Below, one piece after another: positions 29,252 to 41,898 of a DNA stretch of 64,000 nucleotides (positions are counted from its first letter, which is position 1; each line of letters begins with the position of its first letter). This DNA comes from Eledone cirrhosa (Eukaryota). The DNA is taken from positions 308,202,001 through 308,266,000 of the forward strand of contig OZ024742.1 of NCBI GenBank assembly GCA_964016885.1, read 5' to 3'. The notes under the pieces were generated by a model. That model did not search any database and had not been told where the DNA came from. It worked only from the letters and a program-made list of their open reading frames with translations. The translations under genes and the position numbers were made by a program.

Positions 29252-32200
29252 ATGACCTCACTCAGAATAGGCAGCATAAATGCGCGTGGCTTGGGGTCGT
29301 CATTGAAGCAGGGCCACCTGCTCAACGACCTCAGGTCACTAAACATAGATGTAGTGGCCATCAGCGAGACCAGAATCTCCGAAGCACGGGCCTTCGCACC
29401 GATCTTCGGCGGCTACGATGTGTACACATCTCCCAGCCGTCCTGGATCGGGGGGGGGGGGTTGCTGTGGTATTTCGGAGAGGTTTGGATCTCGCCATACG
29501 GGCCATCTTCCTGGACCCAGAAGGTAAGTTGGTGGTGCTGGACGTGACCAGCGGAGACGGGCAAGCTTTCAGGCTAGTGGCCGTCTATGACCCGACAGGA
29601 GCAGCGCGGCCTGGTTTCTTCCGGCGTCTGGATACCTTTCTTGGAACGTCCCACTCTTTAGTGTTAGTGGGCGACTGGAACGGGATCTTAGATGCACGCT
29701 GGGACTGTATGGGATTAGCGGATAGGGGAGGAGGGTGTAAGAAGGGGAGGAGGGTGCAAGAGTCTCACCAACCTGCTCAGGCGTTTTGAAATGTCTGAGA
29801 AGTACCGATTGGATTTCCCGAATGTGCTAATGTGGACTTGGACAAATCGCATAGGGTCATCCAGATCATATCTAGATAGAGTATTTTGTAGGGAAATAGA
29901 TAGGTCAAGCATAGTATGTCTACAATTCAAGATAGTCAGCTACACGGACCACAAATTCGTGATGTGTGTGCTTGACTTAGATAGGCTTCATAGACGAGGA
30001 CCCGGCTATTGGAAGCTAAACGCGTCCTTACCAGCGCGCAAGGCCTAGAGAGACCGGATTAGCGAACTAGTTAAGCGGGCGTTGACGGGGGCCATCGTCA
30101 ACAACAAGTGGTGGTTTGATCTGAAAAGAGCGATTAGAATAGAGTCCAGTAGATTTAGTAAGGCTTTAGTAATAGAGAAAAATAGAGCAGAGGGAGAACT
30201 AGTTAGAAAATTAGACGAGGCGCTTAGCGAAGGCACGCGACCGACGTACTTTCGGCGAAATTGGCCCTTGACCAATTCTTCAATGCAAAGCACGAACGCT
30301 GCGTTGTCAGAGCTAGGGTGCGTGCTTTCAGATACGAGGGGACGAAAGCCGTTCAATGGGCCCGAGTGGCGGAGGCGCGTCGTGGCAACAAAGCCACGAT
30401 CCGATCTTTGGTGGACCACGACGGGCGCATGCTACTCGATCCCGGGCAAATGTGTGAAGCTTTCCAGCGACACTTCGCCCAGCTGTTCGGGGGCAGCGGC
30501 GGGCCAAATCGAGGGATGGACTTTAGTGTCTACCTCGACGGACTGCCGCGGCTCTCGGCCAATGAGGCGGAGTGTTGCGAAAAGCCGATAACAGCCGCTG
30601 AAGTACGGGAGGCAATGACTGGCTGCACAAGGGGTAAATCGCCTGGTTTGGATGGTCTGCCCTATGAACTTTACGTACAGATGCCAGGCTTGTTCGGAGG
30701 CCTCTTGGCGGACGTCTACTGCAACTGGCAACTGAACGGGAGAATTCCCAGCTCTGTGACCCGAGGAGCTGTGGCGCTGCTGAGAAAGGATCCGAACAAG
30801 GGGGATAACATAGATAATTTCAGGCCCATAACTCTGCTAAACTCAGAGTTCAAGATTTTGGCCAAGGTGCTAGCAAAGAGGTTGGCGCTTGTCGTTGGTG
30901 GTCTGGTGGGAGAGGCGCAGACATGCGCCATTCCCGACAGATCTATCCACGACAACCTCCACCTCATGCGATACATCGTAGAGAGGGTAGCTAGGGAACC
31001 TGGCACGGGTGGGTCCTTGATCAATTTAGATCAGTCGAAAGCTTTCGATAGGGTCGACCATCGTTACCTAGCGGCAGTCCTGAGGGCGGCTGGCTTTGGG
31101 CCCGTTTTCATAGGCTGGATCGCTGCCATGCACAGCGACATCTGCTCTGTGGTGAGAGTGAACGGTCACCTTTCGGAACCATTCAACATCATGCGCTCGG
31201 TCCGCCAAGGATGTCCCCTCTCGTCCCTCTTGTACGTATTGACTCTCGAGCCATTACTACACAAACTGGAGACGTTGAGGGGGGGAGGGTCCCGCGCGAA
31301 CTAGGATGCGTAAGATCCGGGTCAGCATATGCGGACGATGTCACCGTAGTGGTGTCGAACGCCAAACACATCGAGGCGATCGGCACTACACTAAGAGAAT
31401 ACGAAGCGGTGACAGGAGCAATGATCAACCAAGAAAAGTCAGTGGACCTGCAGCTCAGCACCTGGAGAGGCAGGTCCATGCCGTCCAACAGCGTCGTCGG
31501 GCGCTGGACGAACGGACCGGTTAAATCGCTAGGGGTCTGGTTCGGTCCGGACCTCCAGACGGACAAAAACTGGGACAAGGTGACGAGCAGGGTAGCTTCT
31601 CTCACCCAGAAATGGGCGGAGAGGAAGCTATCCCTGAAAGGTCGAGTGGAGGTGGCCAACGCGTACATCGCGTCCGTCATCTACTACCGCCTGACCGTCG
31701 TACCTTGTCCTAAGCTCCGCCTGACTGCGCTGGAGCGTTTGCTCTTTCTCTTTTTGTGGAAGGGACGCGTTCCGATGGTCAAGCTGTCCATCTGCTGTCA
31801 ACACCCGTTACGTGGAGGGCTGGGCATGCCGTGGCTGATGATGCGCAGACACGCGCTCAGGCTACGACATCTCCACCTCTTCCAAGACGGTGATCAGGTG
31901 TGGTCGCCGTTTGCTGGACACGTCTTTCCCCAGCTCGTCTCCTTGACGGAGCTGCAGTCCTGGGTCAAGCGGATATCGAGTGGGAGCGCTTGGAGACTGG
32001 AATGTCTTCAGGCGCTCACAGCCCTCGACCAATCATGTAATGTGATTGGTGGAAACTCCACCTTGGCGTTCTATAGAGGATTAGTGGAGGGGAAGAGCGA
32101 CGACGTACTTGGAGAAACTCTAGGCGTCGACGAAAATCAACTAGCCAATCTCTTCGGAAGGACTTTCGGGCCGGGGCCTATGGACAACTTCCAGAAATCC

Positions 32201-32642
32201 CTGGCCTGGCTGTGCTACCGAGGAGCATTGCCAGTCCGGGACAAACTTTACAGGCATGGAGGTGCTGTCAGCCGGGCATGTCCTTCACGCTCTCGTCCAG
32301 TATCCGAGCATTGCTGACTTGTGGGTTTATGTCGGACACCTGCTGTCACGTGTAGGACGGATCCAGCTATCAGCTGAGTCCATCGTGAGGATTGCCCTGC
32401 CCTCCTCCTTTAGCCGGGAAGGGCAGGCAATTTTTATCTGTCTGGTGGCCATGGCGAAAGAGATAGTATGGTGGACACGTTTGAAAGGGCTGAAGACTAG
32501 CACTTACCTCTTCGGTGATGCCCTGATTAACTTTTTCAAATTTCATTTGGAAGTGCTCTCTTCCCAGGATTTTGTTGAAAGATGGGTGAGAGAAGCAAGT
32601 ATGGCCCGAGTGAATGGGCCTACTCTGAGTATGTGTCTTTAA
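29252..32642 (+). pseudogene. Tx1-like ORF2 (AP endonuclease + reverse transcriptase), frameshifted
   Basis: MTSLRIGSINARGL, ISET, LVGDWN, SYLDR, TDH, GYWKLN, KSPGLDG, FRPITLLN, DQSKAFDRV, VRQGCPLS, AYADD, GGLG, spread over several frames. Confidence 0.92.
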
Positions 32643-32886
32643 ATTAAAGGTGGAAAACTGGGAGAGGGCACTTGCCCTGGTGGTCAGGGTCACTGTGGCC
32701 TTTTAATGGGCTTTCTCCACAAATGTCCTTCGGAAATCTCCCCCTATTGGGGAATTTTTTATTGTTATTTTTATTACATCATCGGTTTTTTTTACACGCA
32801 GAAATGCCCATTTGTACCGTTCTGTATTGTCCTGTACTGTCCTTAATGTCTACTTTATTTAAACCCTTGTGGTTAATAAAGAAAGC

Positions 32887-32896
32887 ATTATCATTA

Positions 32897-32988
<92 letters not shown>
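32887..32988. repeat. (ATT)n tail/target array of the Tx1-like element
   Basis: Direct reading. Confidence 0.97.
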
Positions 32989-34049
32989 GGATGTCAGATT
33001 CAGCACACTTGTTATGCTTCATCTGTCGTTATTCATTATATTTGACTTGATGTTAAGTGGGATTTTCCAGATTCAGTACGGCGTTTTTACATATATGTGT
33101 GACATAAACATTTTGTATAAGACTACAAGTGATTATTTCATTAATTGGGATTCGTAAAAGAAAAGAATTATATTTTATGGACTTTTTCAATGTTGTCCAT
33201 GTTCGTTTAAATTTACAATGGCGTCTTTGAGACAGCAAAACAACATCTATCGAATGGGGAAATACAGGAATTTCAAGTAAAAGAAAGCAAGAAGACATAA
33301 ACTAGCGCGTTTTGCGGTTGGACATGAATATTTCGTATACGGCAGACTTCATGTTATTCAGAACAGAAAATGTATTGAGTAATTCTCAAAAGCTACGTGT
33401 AATAATTACAAAAGTAATAATTCTGAGGGGCAATATAACAGAAAATTCAGTTTTTACAAGTGTGGAAGCATGGCAATTTGCTGCCCCCCCCCCCCCCCCC
33501 CCGGAAAATTAGAACAGCAAAACGAACGCCGGGTAAATCTCTAGATGCAATCTAACAACAAGCACGAACTGGGAAAAGAGCGTGGTGGACAAAAGCAAGC
33601 AGCGTGCACTGCGAATCATCAAGAGCCAGTGTCCTCGTCTTCTGTCCCAGAGGCCATTGCCCCGAATGCCCCCTTCCTTACAATAAAAAAATATACCCAA
33701 TCATATTTTGACAACGAAAATTAAAGATAGGCCAAGTAGGCTGAGGGAAAGCTGCAAAGACAAAAGGAGGAGAAACCAAATAAGGGAGAAATGTGTAACG
33801 CTACCAGATACTAACATCAGAGTCGAAAACTACATATGCGCAGTCCTCCAAAATATGGCAAATCCTCAAAAAGGAAAACCAAGATGATCGGGCGCACAGG
33901 ATATTGTGAAGAAATACCCCAACGTCAAATATGCCCCCATATATAATAAGGCGTTAAGAGAAAATAATGCTAATTGATGCACAAAGGTCCAATTCGAAAA
34001 GTGGATGGTGAGTTTTCCATGGTTGTATATTAATTAAATTTCTTTTGGT

Positions 34050-35040
34050 TTCACAGATATTCAGAAATGTATTCTTTGTATAACGTCACCACCATCACCA
34101 CCATCACTGCCACCACAACAACAACATATGTAATAGAAACAAATAACAAACATAACTGCAAGACAAATAAGAGCGACAAATGTCAATATCAACAACAACA
34201 ATACCTTTGCAGCAACAACTGCAAAAGCAATAGAACGTTTCGTAAGGAACATTTCGAAGAAAGACTTATTTGACCCAAGCAACTAAACTAATTACAATAC
34301 AAACAGTACGGGCGAATGTAACCCTTGGAGATGATCTGAACAGCGAATAAACGCCAGAGCCAGCCACACAGACCGAAGTGGAAAGGGTACTAAAAGACAT
34401 AATGTCCAACACCTAACATCACACAACCCAGACATTATGCAGACTATTCAGTGCCCTTTTTTAGTAAAGCATTGGCCGTAAACCATTTGGTGGTCCCCCG
34501 TAGAAGTGACAGTGCTGTCATTTTCCGTGCATATTTAGGGAGAAGTACAACAAGGCTTATGATTTCTACGATCCCATCTGTGGTGAAAATCTGGTGGGGA
34601 CTATCATGAGTGGCACCCTACGGGAATTAAACCGAACGCGCAGAGAAAAGTGGTCTGTGATCAGTTTGGATCTGCAGTAGCTACTTCCACAGCAACTAGT
34701 GTGCACGCAAGACCTATAACACCACCATCATCAGCACCAGAAGCACCAGCACCAGCAGATCTAATAACACCACCCAAAACAACAAAGGAACCACTACTAC
34801 CACAAACTGTAACATAAAACCACTCAGTAAGACTGCCAGCATAGTTCTTCCTCTCTCTCTCTCCCAAACACACACCCACACACATACACACACAAACACA
34901 TGCACTCACGGCCACTCACACACTGAAACCCCAACACACATCTGAGTCAAATTAATCAAATATAGAAACCTTCACTTCTCGCAGTGAGAAAGGGGAACTC
35001 CAAAAGACCAAGAAACAAAAACAAAAAAACTTAAGCATAA
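34050..35040 (+). mobile_element. Older degraded Tx1-like ORF1 remnant
   Basis: ATQTEVERVLKDI and RRSDSAVIFRAYLGRSTTRLMISTIP parallel the ORF1 pieces at 27810-28000; similar CAA/ACC-rich low-complexity flanks. Confidence 0.5.
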
Positions 35041-35046
35041 AACATA

Positions 35047-35230
35047 ATAATTGTTTCTACTTTAGGCACAGGGCCAGCAAATTCCCAGTACATTACTGGT
35101 ACTTTATTTTATCGACCCCGTAATGATAAAAGGCAAAGTTAAACTCGGCGGGATTTGAACCCAGACTGTAAAGGGACGTAACTATGCTAGAAAGCATGGC
35201 GTCCAACCCTCTACCGATACTGCCATTTCA
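35047..35230 (-). mobile_element. SINE family A, near full length
   Basis: A box tggcagtatcggt, B box gggttcaaatcc, core and tail as in the other copies. Confidence 0.9.
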
Positions 35231-35844
35231 ATAATAATAGCAATAATGTGTTTTTTATAAATTGTAAATTATAATCAATTTGGTGTGTTAACTGGCTTAA
35301 CAATGTATGCAGTGAGTTTATTTTCCCTGGGTGTCAGGAAGACACTCGGCATATAACGGAAACAATACTGAAGGGAAAGGAAAATCAACAAAAAATCATA
35401 TTAATAATAATTGTTTTATTAATAATAATAATGTATTTTTATTGATGATGATGATGTATTTTTTAGCATAGAGGCGTTTCAAAACACGGATTCGCGGATA
35501 TTGAATTAATACCAAATATTTACCGGATCTAGTCGGAGCCTTGAAAAGTCTAACGTAATACCCGGAATAGACATTATGTCTGTTTTTTAAACAATATTTC
35601 ACATTTAATTATTTTACATGTTTTATATGACTTTCTCTATGTTAGCAAACATGGACGGTGTTAACGAGAATGGTAGTAGTAATGGATAGCTCCCTTCAAA
35701 ACCAAACCGGCGCAAGCTTCGAATACACGAGCATCAAATAAATTATGAGCAAAATTTATAGAATGAAAAAAAATTGAAAACAGAAAATATATAAATATAG
35801 ACTTGGACCCTACACAAGCACAATTTAATGCTGGAAACCAGGAC

Positions 35845-36152
35845 ATAAACAAGGGTCTGGTATGGTCTTGTAACTCCTGGTAGAGTCGTAGGGGTACCGT
35901 GTTGACATAAGGCGTTTCGTGGGCATTGTAAGCCTGGCAGAGCCCATCCCACTTCAGGTCTGAGTACAGCGGATTTCTTCCAGAGAGAGGAGATATTAGA
36001 CTGGTACTAGACTGGCACATTTTTATCGACCTCGAAAGGATGAAAGACAAAGATGACCCCAGCAGGATGTGATCTCAGAGAGTAGAGAGTCGGAACGGAT
36101 ACCATAAAACATTCTATCCCACGTTCTAACTACTCTGCCAATTCGCCGCCTA
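35845..36152 (-). mobile_element. Composite SINE (family B): related head and core with a distinct tail of about 140 bp
   Basis: Head ggcggcgaattggcag, core ctttcatcctttcgaggtcgataaa, tail ctctggaagaaatccgctgtactcagacctg...caggagttac shared with 46637-46985. Confidence 0.7.
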
Positions 36153-36496
36153 AACAAGAGTAACAACAACCACAACACATACATGTAAATAGACATGTCG
36201 AGTGAAGACAATGAAAAAGCAAAACAATTTTGGCTTTGCTCATGCTGACAGTTATTAATATTCTTTGAATATTGCCATGAGAAATGACTGACTTCTGGGT
36301 GATTTTAGTGGGTTCCTATGCGTGACCAATAACAAAGACAGTAATAACAGCATTGAACGTATTATTGGTTATTCCAATGTTTTTGAAATAACTAATATTG
36401 TTTCCTCAATTCCAGAAACCATTGTTTGCGAGAGTAAAACTGATTAATTATAGTCCGTCTAGCTTATCCCCCACCAAATCGGGATTTTGGCTTAAG

Positions 36497-36918
<422 letters not shown>

Positions 36919-36921
<3 letters not shown>

Positions 36922-37900
36922 AAAGAACGTATAATACACCCTATGTGCCACGAAAAATCAAAAACACAAACGTAGAATATCCTGCTATAATTCTGCATAC
37001 AACACCCTGAGCAAGGGTCATTTACCATCCAAATTATTGTCAATCCTAAGGGAAAACTTCCCACACACATATACCAGCAAATATTAAATACCTTTAACGT
37101 TAAACTGTCGTATGGTACTACATCTAACCTACACATGAGAATAAACGCATCTAACACTTCAAAGCTTAAGAATAATTTGGAACAGGCACATACTTCAACA
37201 ACAAGCACGGAAATTTAACCCTATCCCTTTTAACTCACCAACCTAGGAAACATAGACACTAATGTTAATACTGACACTAACGCAACTAGAGTAGTTACAG
37301 AACAGCATAACGTTGCATATCACCCTCCTATAGTTCCACTCGCTGTCCCCGATGAGGACACTAATACTGACAACAATAATAACAGCGCTAATAACAATCA
37401 GTATATACGGTGTAAAACAAACTAGATCTAGACAAGCAGTCGCAAATGAATACGCTATTGATATAATAGACACGAACCGAGCTGCCTCAGATCAATCTAC
37501 TTACCCAAAGTTCAACTGTAGAACTAAAGCAAACTACCCACTTAAAGAACATTGTCTAATTTCCAGTGTGTTATATAAATGTACGCTAGTTATGGAAGGC
37601 AAAACGCAAGTATACATAAGAGCAATTCCTTCAATATATTATTCCCACAAACACTCTTTCAAGCATAGTAAATTAGCCAGCACGACCACGTTAGCTGAGG
37701 CAATTACCAAATACAACCTCAAACATATTAGATATAATCTAGAATTGTATATCCTGAGAGAAAACGAAATCATATAACGGAGAACGAAGAGTGTGCCCGC
37801 TCTGCTCCCACGAATTCTTCCAATAATGACCGCTCGAAAACCACTTAAGAAGAAAGCATAAAATCATAAGAACCATAAAATCATAAGAACATATAGAATT
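36919..37900 (+). mobile_element. Penelope-like element fragment (RT thumb/linker to GIY-YIG), degraded
   Basis: RRISCYNSAYNTLSKGHLPSKLLSILRENFP..ILNTFNVKLSY and FNCRTKANYPLKEHCLISSVLYKCTL..VYI..HKHSFKH..TTLA match PLE motifs (WFNPPY..FP..VKxSY; CNC..CPL..C..VY). Confidence 0.75.
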
Positions 37901-38307
37901 CTACAAACCAGCATAGCCTAGGACCACTATAAATAAAATATTACCATGGTAATATATGCATGTCGAAGGAGAACCTATTTCCTTCCATCCACCTACCAGT
38001 TATGCTACTTTATAACTGTTACTCCCATGACGCCTATATAGGAATAACACAATTTTAATTATGTAACCCTCCAACTCTCATGGTTTACATTTAACATCCC
38101 GTTCTGTGCGCACCGGAGCGCTGTGAGGCCCGGACGGACTGCATAAACAGAAGCTAACTAGCTAATACATAGTCAATGAAAAAAGTACATAAGCATATTG
38201 GGGTACGGCATAAACACTGCCCTACGTGGGACATTACACTCACTTCCGGAGGGCACAAATATTTCCTATAATTTTACAATAATTTAACAAATAATTTAAC
38301 AAATAAT

Positions 38308-38469
38308 TGTTTCTACTTTAGGCACAAGGCCAGCAATTACCCAGTACATTACTGGTACTTTATTTTATCGACCCCGTAAGGATGAAAGGCAAAGTTAACC
38401 TCAGCGGGATTTGAACTCAGATCGTAAAGGGACGTAGCTATGCTGGAAAGCATGTCCGACCTTCTACCG
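38308..38469 (-). mobile_element. SINE family A, slightly 5'-truncated
   Basis: 18-bp TSD aataatttaacaaataat at 38290-38307 and 38470-38487. Confidence 0.92.
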
Positions 38470-39943
38470 AATAATTTAACAAATAATGAACCTACATAAA
38501 TCAAGACTATGAAATCCTTCAATCATATCAACAATTGTGTGCATTTGACAGTATATGTTGGAACCTACACGCCCGTGTGTACCATTATGTACCAATATGG
38601 CCGTCTGTAGAACTGCACACAAGAAAGGACTACCAAAAGCCAAGGATTGGCAGTAGCTTTTCCTCGATACAGCTGCTGTCTTCTTCTCGGCAACCTTATG
38701 CTCGCTTTTTCACCTTTGTGTTAACATCTCTGTAAATTAAATGTATGCACACATTCAAGCATCGACTCATCACCCATTTGTACCTATGTATTTAATTTCA
38801 CAACTGATGCTGCTTGTGTAACGGTAAACCGTGGTTCATAAGCATATTAGGGTACGCAGCTGAACTGTAAAATCAGGCAAAGTACACTGATATTCACCTA
38901 ATCCATAGGCACCCGGATGCATATATACCTATTGTGTGCATGTGTGTATTTATATATGCCTGCATGTGCGTTCTCGCACGCACATAGGAGCCTTTCCATC
39001 TAGTCTTGTGTATCTAGTATTTTATTTCTATAATGAAAAGAATATCATCTAACCGGGAAAGTGATTATCACAAATTTTGAGAATATACAAACAATTTTCT
39101 CTCATCTCTTTATCTCACACTTTCTCCAATTCTATTTCTGGCTGCCTTCCAATCTTGACTCTGGTCCTCTCTCCTCCATTCTATGTACGCCTCTCTTCCT
39201 TTCTCCCTGCCTTTTATTACCTTTGTCAAAAGAGAAGCCGACATACAATATTTCCTTAGTAAATACAACGCAACTCAAATGCATGTTTTGTGTGACACCT
39301 CCTTAAACACGACAGACAGTTTTACTGTGATTACACAAGAAATGTTGTTGACACTGAAGCTACTGCTCTTAACTTTGGTATACTTGCATTAAAAAGAATA
39401 CACAACTGACACATCTCCATGGAAAATTAAATGAACAGCCGTTGACCAATTTTTTTCTTTTAGGCTTCAAATGCAACCTGCTGGCATTTATGTAATAACG
39501 TGTATGGCAGTATTAGAATTCTCATAAACATACAGCGGCAGTTGTCTTAGCAAGACCAGTCACCAAACTATATTTTACGTTTTAGTTTGTTTAGTGCGAC
39601 ATTACTGAATCAATATTTTTACAGTCTTACCGCAATATCATCGATTCCTTTCTAAACAACTTTACAGCATAAGTAACGTTATAAGGATTCATAAATATTC
39701 AAAGTGATCAACTCCTAAGTTCACTCATTGTGTCTCGTCTACTAAACATTCCAATTTGGATTTTGCATGTAATTTAAAGCGTGGACTGACATTCATCATA
39801 TTTTAGTGAGTCTACAGCCCTGTTTTTTTTTTCATACATATGATATAATACCATGGGAACGGCTCAAATATGACATCTTTATGTTCAGAATATTATTAAA
39901 ATTCAGCTGAATATCAAAACCAAACATGAGAACTATACATTAT

Positions 39944-40128
39944 GGTGGATTGGCAGTATCGGTAGAGGGTCGGACGCCATGCTTTCCAGCATAGTTACGT
40001 CCATTTACGATCTGAGTTCAAATCCTTCCGAGGTTGACTTTGCCTTTTATCCTTACGGGGTCGATAAAATATAGTACCAGTAATGCACTGGTTAATTGCT
40101 GGCCTTGTGCCTAAAGTAGAAACAATTA
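39944..40128 (+). mobile_element. SINE family A, near full length
   Basis: A box tggcagtatcggt, B box gagttcaaatcc, core, tail ccttgtgcctaaagtagaaacaattatt. Confidence 0.92.
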
Positions 40129-40309
40129 TTTTGAATTAATAAACCAAAACAATATAACATCTACGGATGTCCATGTTGCAATATGTTGTAATGCCATTCA
40201 GTTAGAGAAAAAACCTGCTCTTCTTCGTTTCTCCTCATCTCCCTTTCTATATGTGCCCCCACACCCATGTCTATTTCTGCATTTCATTCACTATATACCA
40301 CTTTTAAGT

Positions 40310-40500
40310 AGGAGATTATAGTTAAGGTGTTCGGTTCATGATCGTGAATTTGTGTGATCGATTCCCAGCGTCACATGTTCATACAGAAGACATTTTATTC
40401 CAAGTTGCTCCATACACATCGGCTGGCAAAAATGAGTTGTACCTGTAATTCAAAGCCATATCATTGACACATATTGTGTCTCTCGGGGTATCCTTGATAA
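40310..40500 (+). mobile_element. Degraded CORE-type SINE
   Basis: tRNA-like head (gttaaggtgttcgg...gatcgattccc) then aagacattttattccaagttgctcca...aaatgagt. Confidence 0.55.
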
Positions 40501-40597
40501 CTTCAGACTCTACATATATTGTTATCTTAATGAGTATTGAATTTGGTGAAGCGCAGAAATTACTAGATTCATCAGTTATATACATATATATTTATAT

Positions 40598-40790
40598 ATA
40601 ATGAAGGAGTTGTGGTAAGGAACCAGATGGACCATAACGCACCAGAGTACTCAATACTTAGGGTAGTAGAGTGGGTAATAAGAAAATGTTTGACCCTGAC
40701 GGCAGAGCTCAAGCCGTTTCCACGGCTATTTCTGGACTAAATTAGAATTTTTAAATAACCGAACTTTTCAAGGGGTAATTCCTTATATGG
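40598..40790 (-). mobile_element. Penelope pLTR-like terminus with hammerhead fold (40692-40777)
   Basis: Same family as 36732-36870. Minus strand reads tacccc-TTGAAAA-gttcggttattt..aaatagccgtg-GAAA-cggc..gccg-TC-agggtc. Confidence 0.7.
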
Positions 40791-40929
40791 GACGATCGTA
40801 GTTGGCAAGAGGATTGGTCAAAATTTGTTGTAAACACAATTAAGTCTTTCATGGCAGTGGGAGGGAGGTGGGGTGGCTGAACTTGCCTGTAGAACAATGA
40901 GGGAGCGGGTGGAGCCGGGCAAGCGTTTA

Positions 40930-41316
40930 AATAAATAAAAAATATATAAAATTATAGAATTGGATATTAAAAAGTAATAAAAAATCTCTAGGGTCTAAAC
41001 AGCTGCTATAATTAGTTGGTATTGGGTTTTCGGCCAAAGCTATATATAATTTACTGCGGTTTTAGACCCTAGAGATTTGTTTATTACTTTTTACTATCCA
41101 ATTCTATAATTTTATATATATTTTTTTATTTAGTATCTTCTAATCTCAATTTATTAACCTATTCTATAGAATTGGCCGAAAATGCAATACCGACTAAATA
41201 TAGCAGCTGTTTTAGAGTCTAGAGATTTTTTATTACTTCTTACTATCCAATTTTATATTTTTATATATATATTTATTTATTATCTTCTAATCTCACTTTA
41301 TTAACCTATTCTATAA
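40930..41316. repeat. One inverted plus two direct copies of a 110-150 bp AT-rich unit
   Basis: 40930-41037 is reverse-complementary to 41062-41132 and to 41172-41280 (tagagatt..tattactt..tactatccaatt..tata). Confidence 0.8.
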
Positions 41317-41710
41317 CGTCCCCTCTCTATTTTCTCCAGAATCCTTTTTCGCCTGCTTCCTATCTAGCCTAATTTCATAAACAATCCTTAGAATTTGCTG
41401 TATAGAATTCACTTCCAACGTTTGACTGACTCCACCCAGAAATAGCCATCGAAACGGCCGTCGGGGTCAAATATATATATATATATATATATACAAATGG
41501 TAGGTTAGTAACATCGAAGTCATCGCGGTGGCCAAGCTAAAGAGTTACAATTGCACAAAGCAGTCGATAAGGATGAATCGATGAATCGATAGGCTGCACC
41601 TCAGAGTAATTAACACACACATATATATATACTCTGGATATAGATGCAATTCAATTCAGGCACTCGACGTCAAGTTGCTTCTTCAAAATAACGATTACGA
41701 AGTATAATTA

Positions 41711-41796
41711 GAATGAGGAAAATGCGAAGTTGTAGATGTTAGAGTCCTTTATTAAAAAGACTCTTTAGCATCTACAACTTCACACTTTCCCCATTC
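41711..41796. repeat. Short palindrome next to microsatellites
   Basis: gaatgaggaaaatgcgaagttgtagatgttagagtc / gactctttagcatctacaacttcacactttccccattc. Confidence 0.8.
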
Positions 41797-41839
41797 CCTC
41801 TCTCCCTCTCACTCTCTCAATATATATATATATATATAT

Positions 41840-41898
<59 letters not shown>

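Larger units (their letters stand above)
26986..32886 (+). mobile_element. L1/Tx1-clade LINE, near full length, frameshifted
   Basis: ORF1 with CCHC knuckle, ORF2 with APE and RT, 3' UTR ending ccttgtggttaataaagaaagc plus (ATT)n; putative TSD att-gaatgcca (26978-26985) / att-ggatgtca (32989-32996). Confidence 0.92.

Noticed and set aside
30045-31680. Antisense ORFs over Tx1 ORF2
   Set aside because: Shadow ORFs of GC-rich coding sequence.
39944-40030. tRNA genes suggested by A/B boxes
   Set aside because: They are SINE heads continuing into core and tail sequences with TSDs; no complete cloverleaf.
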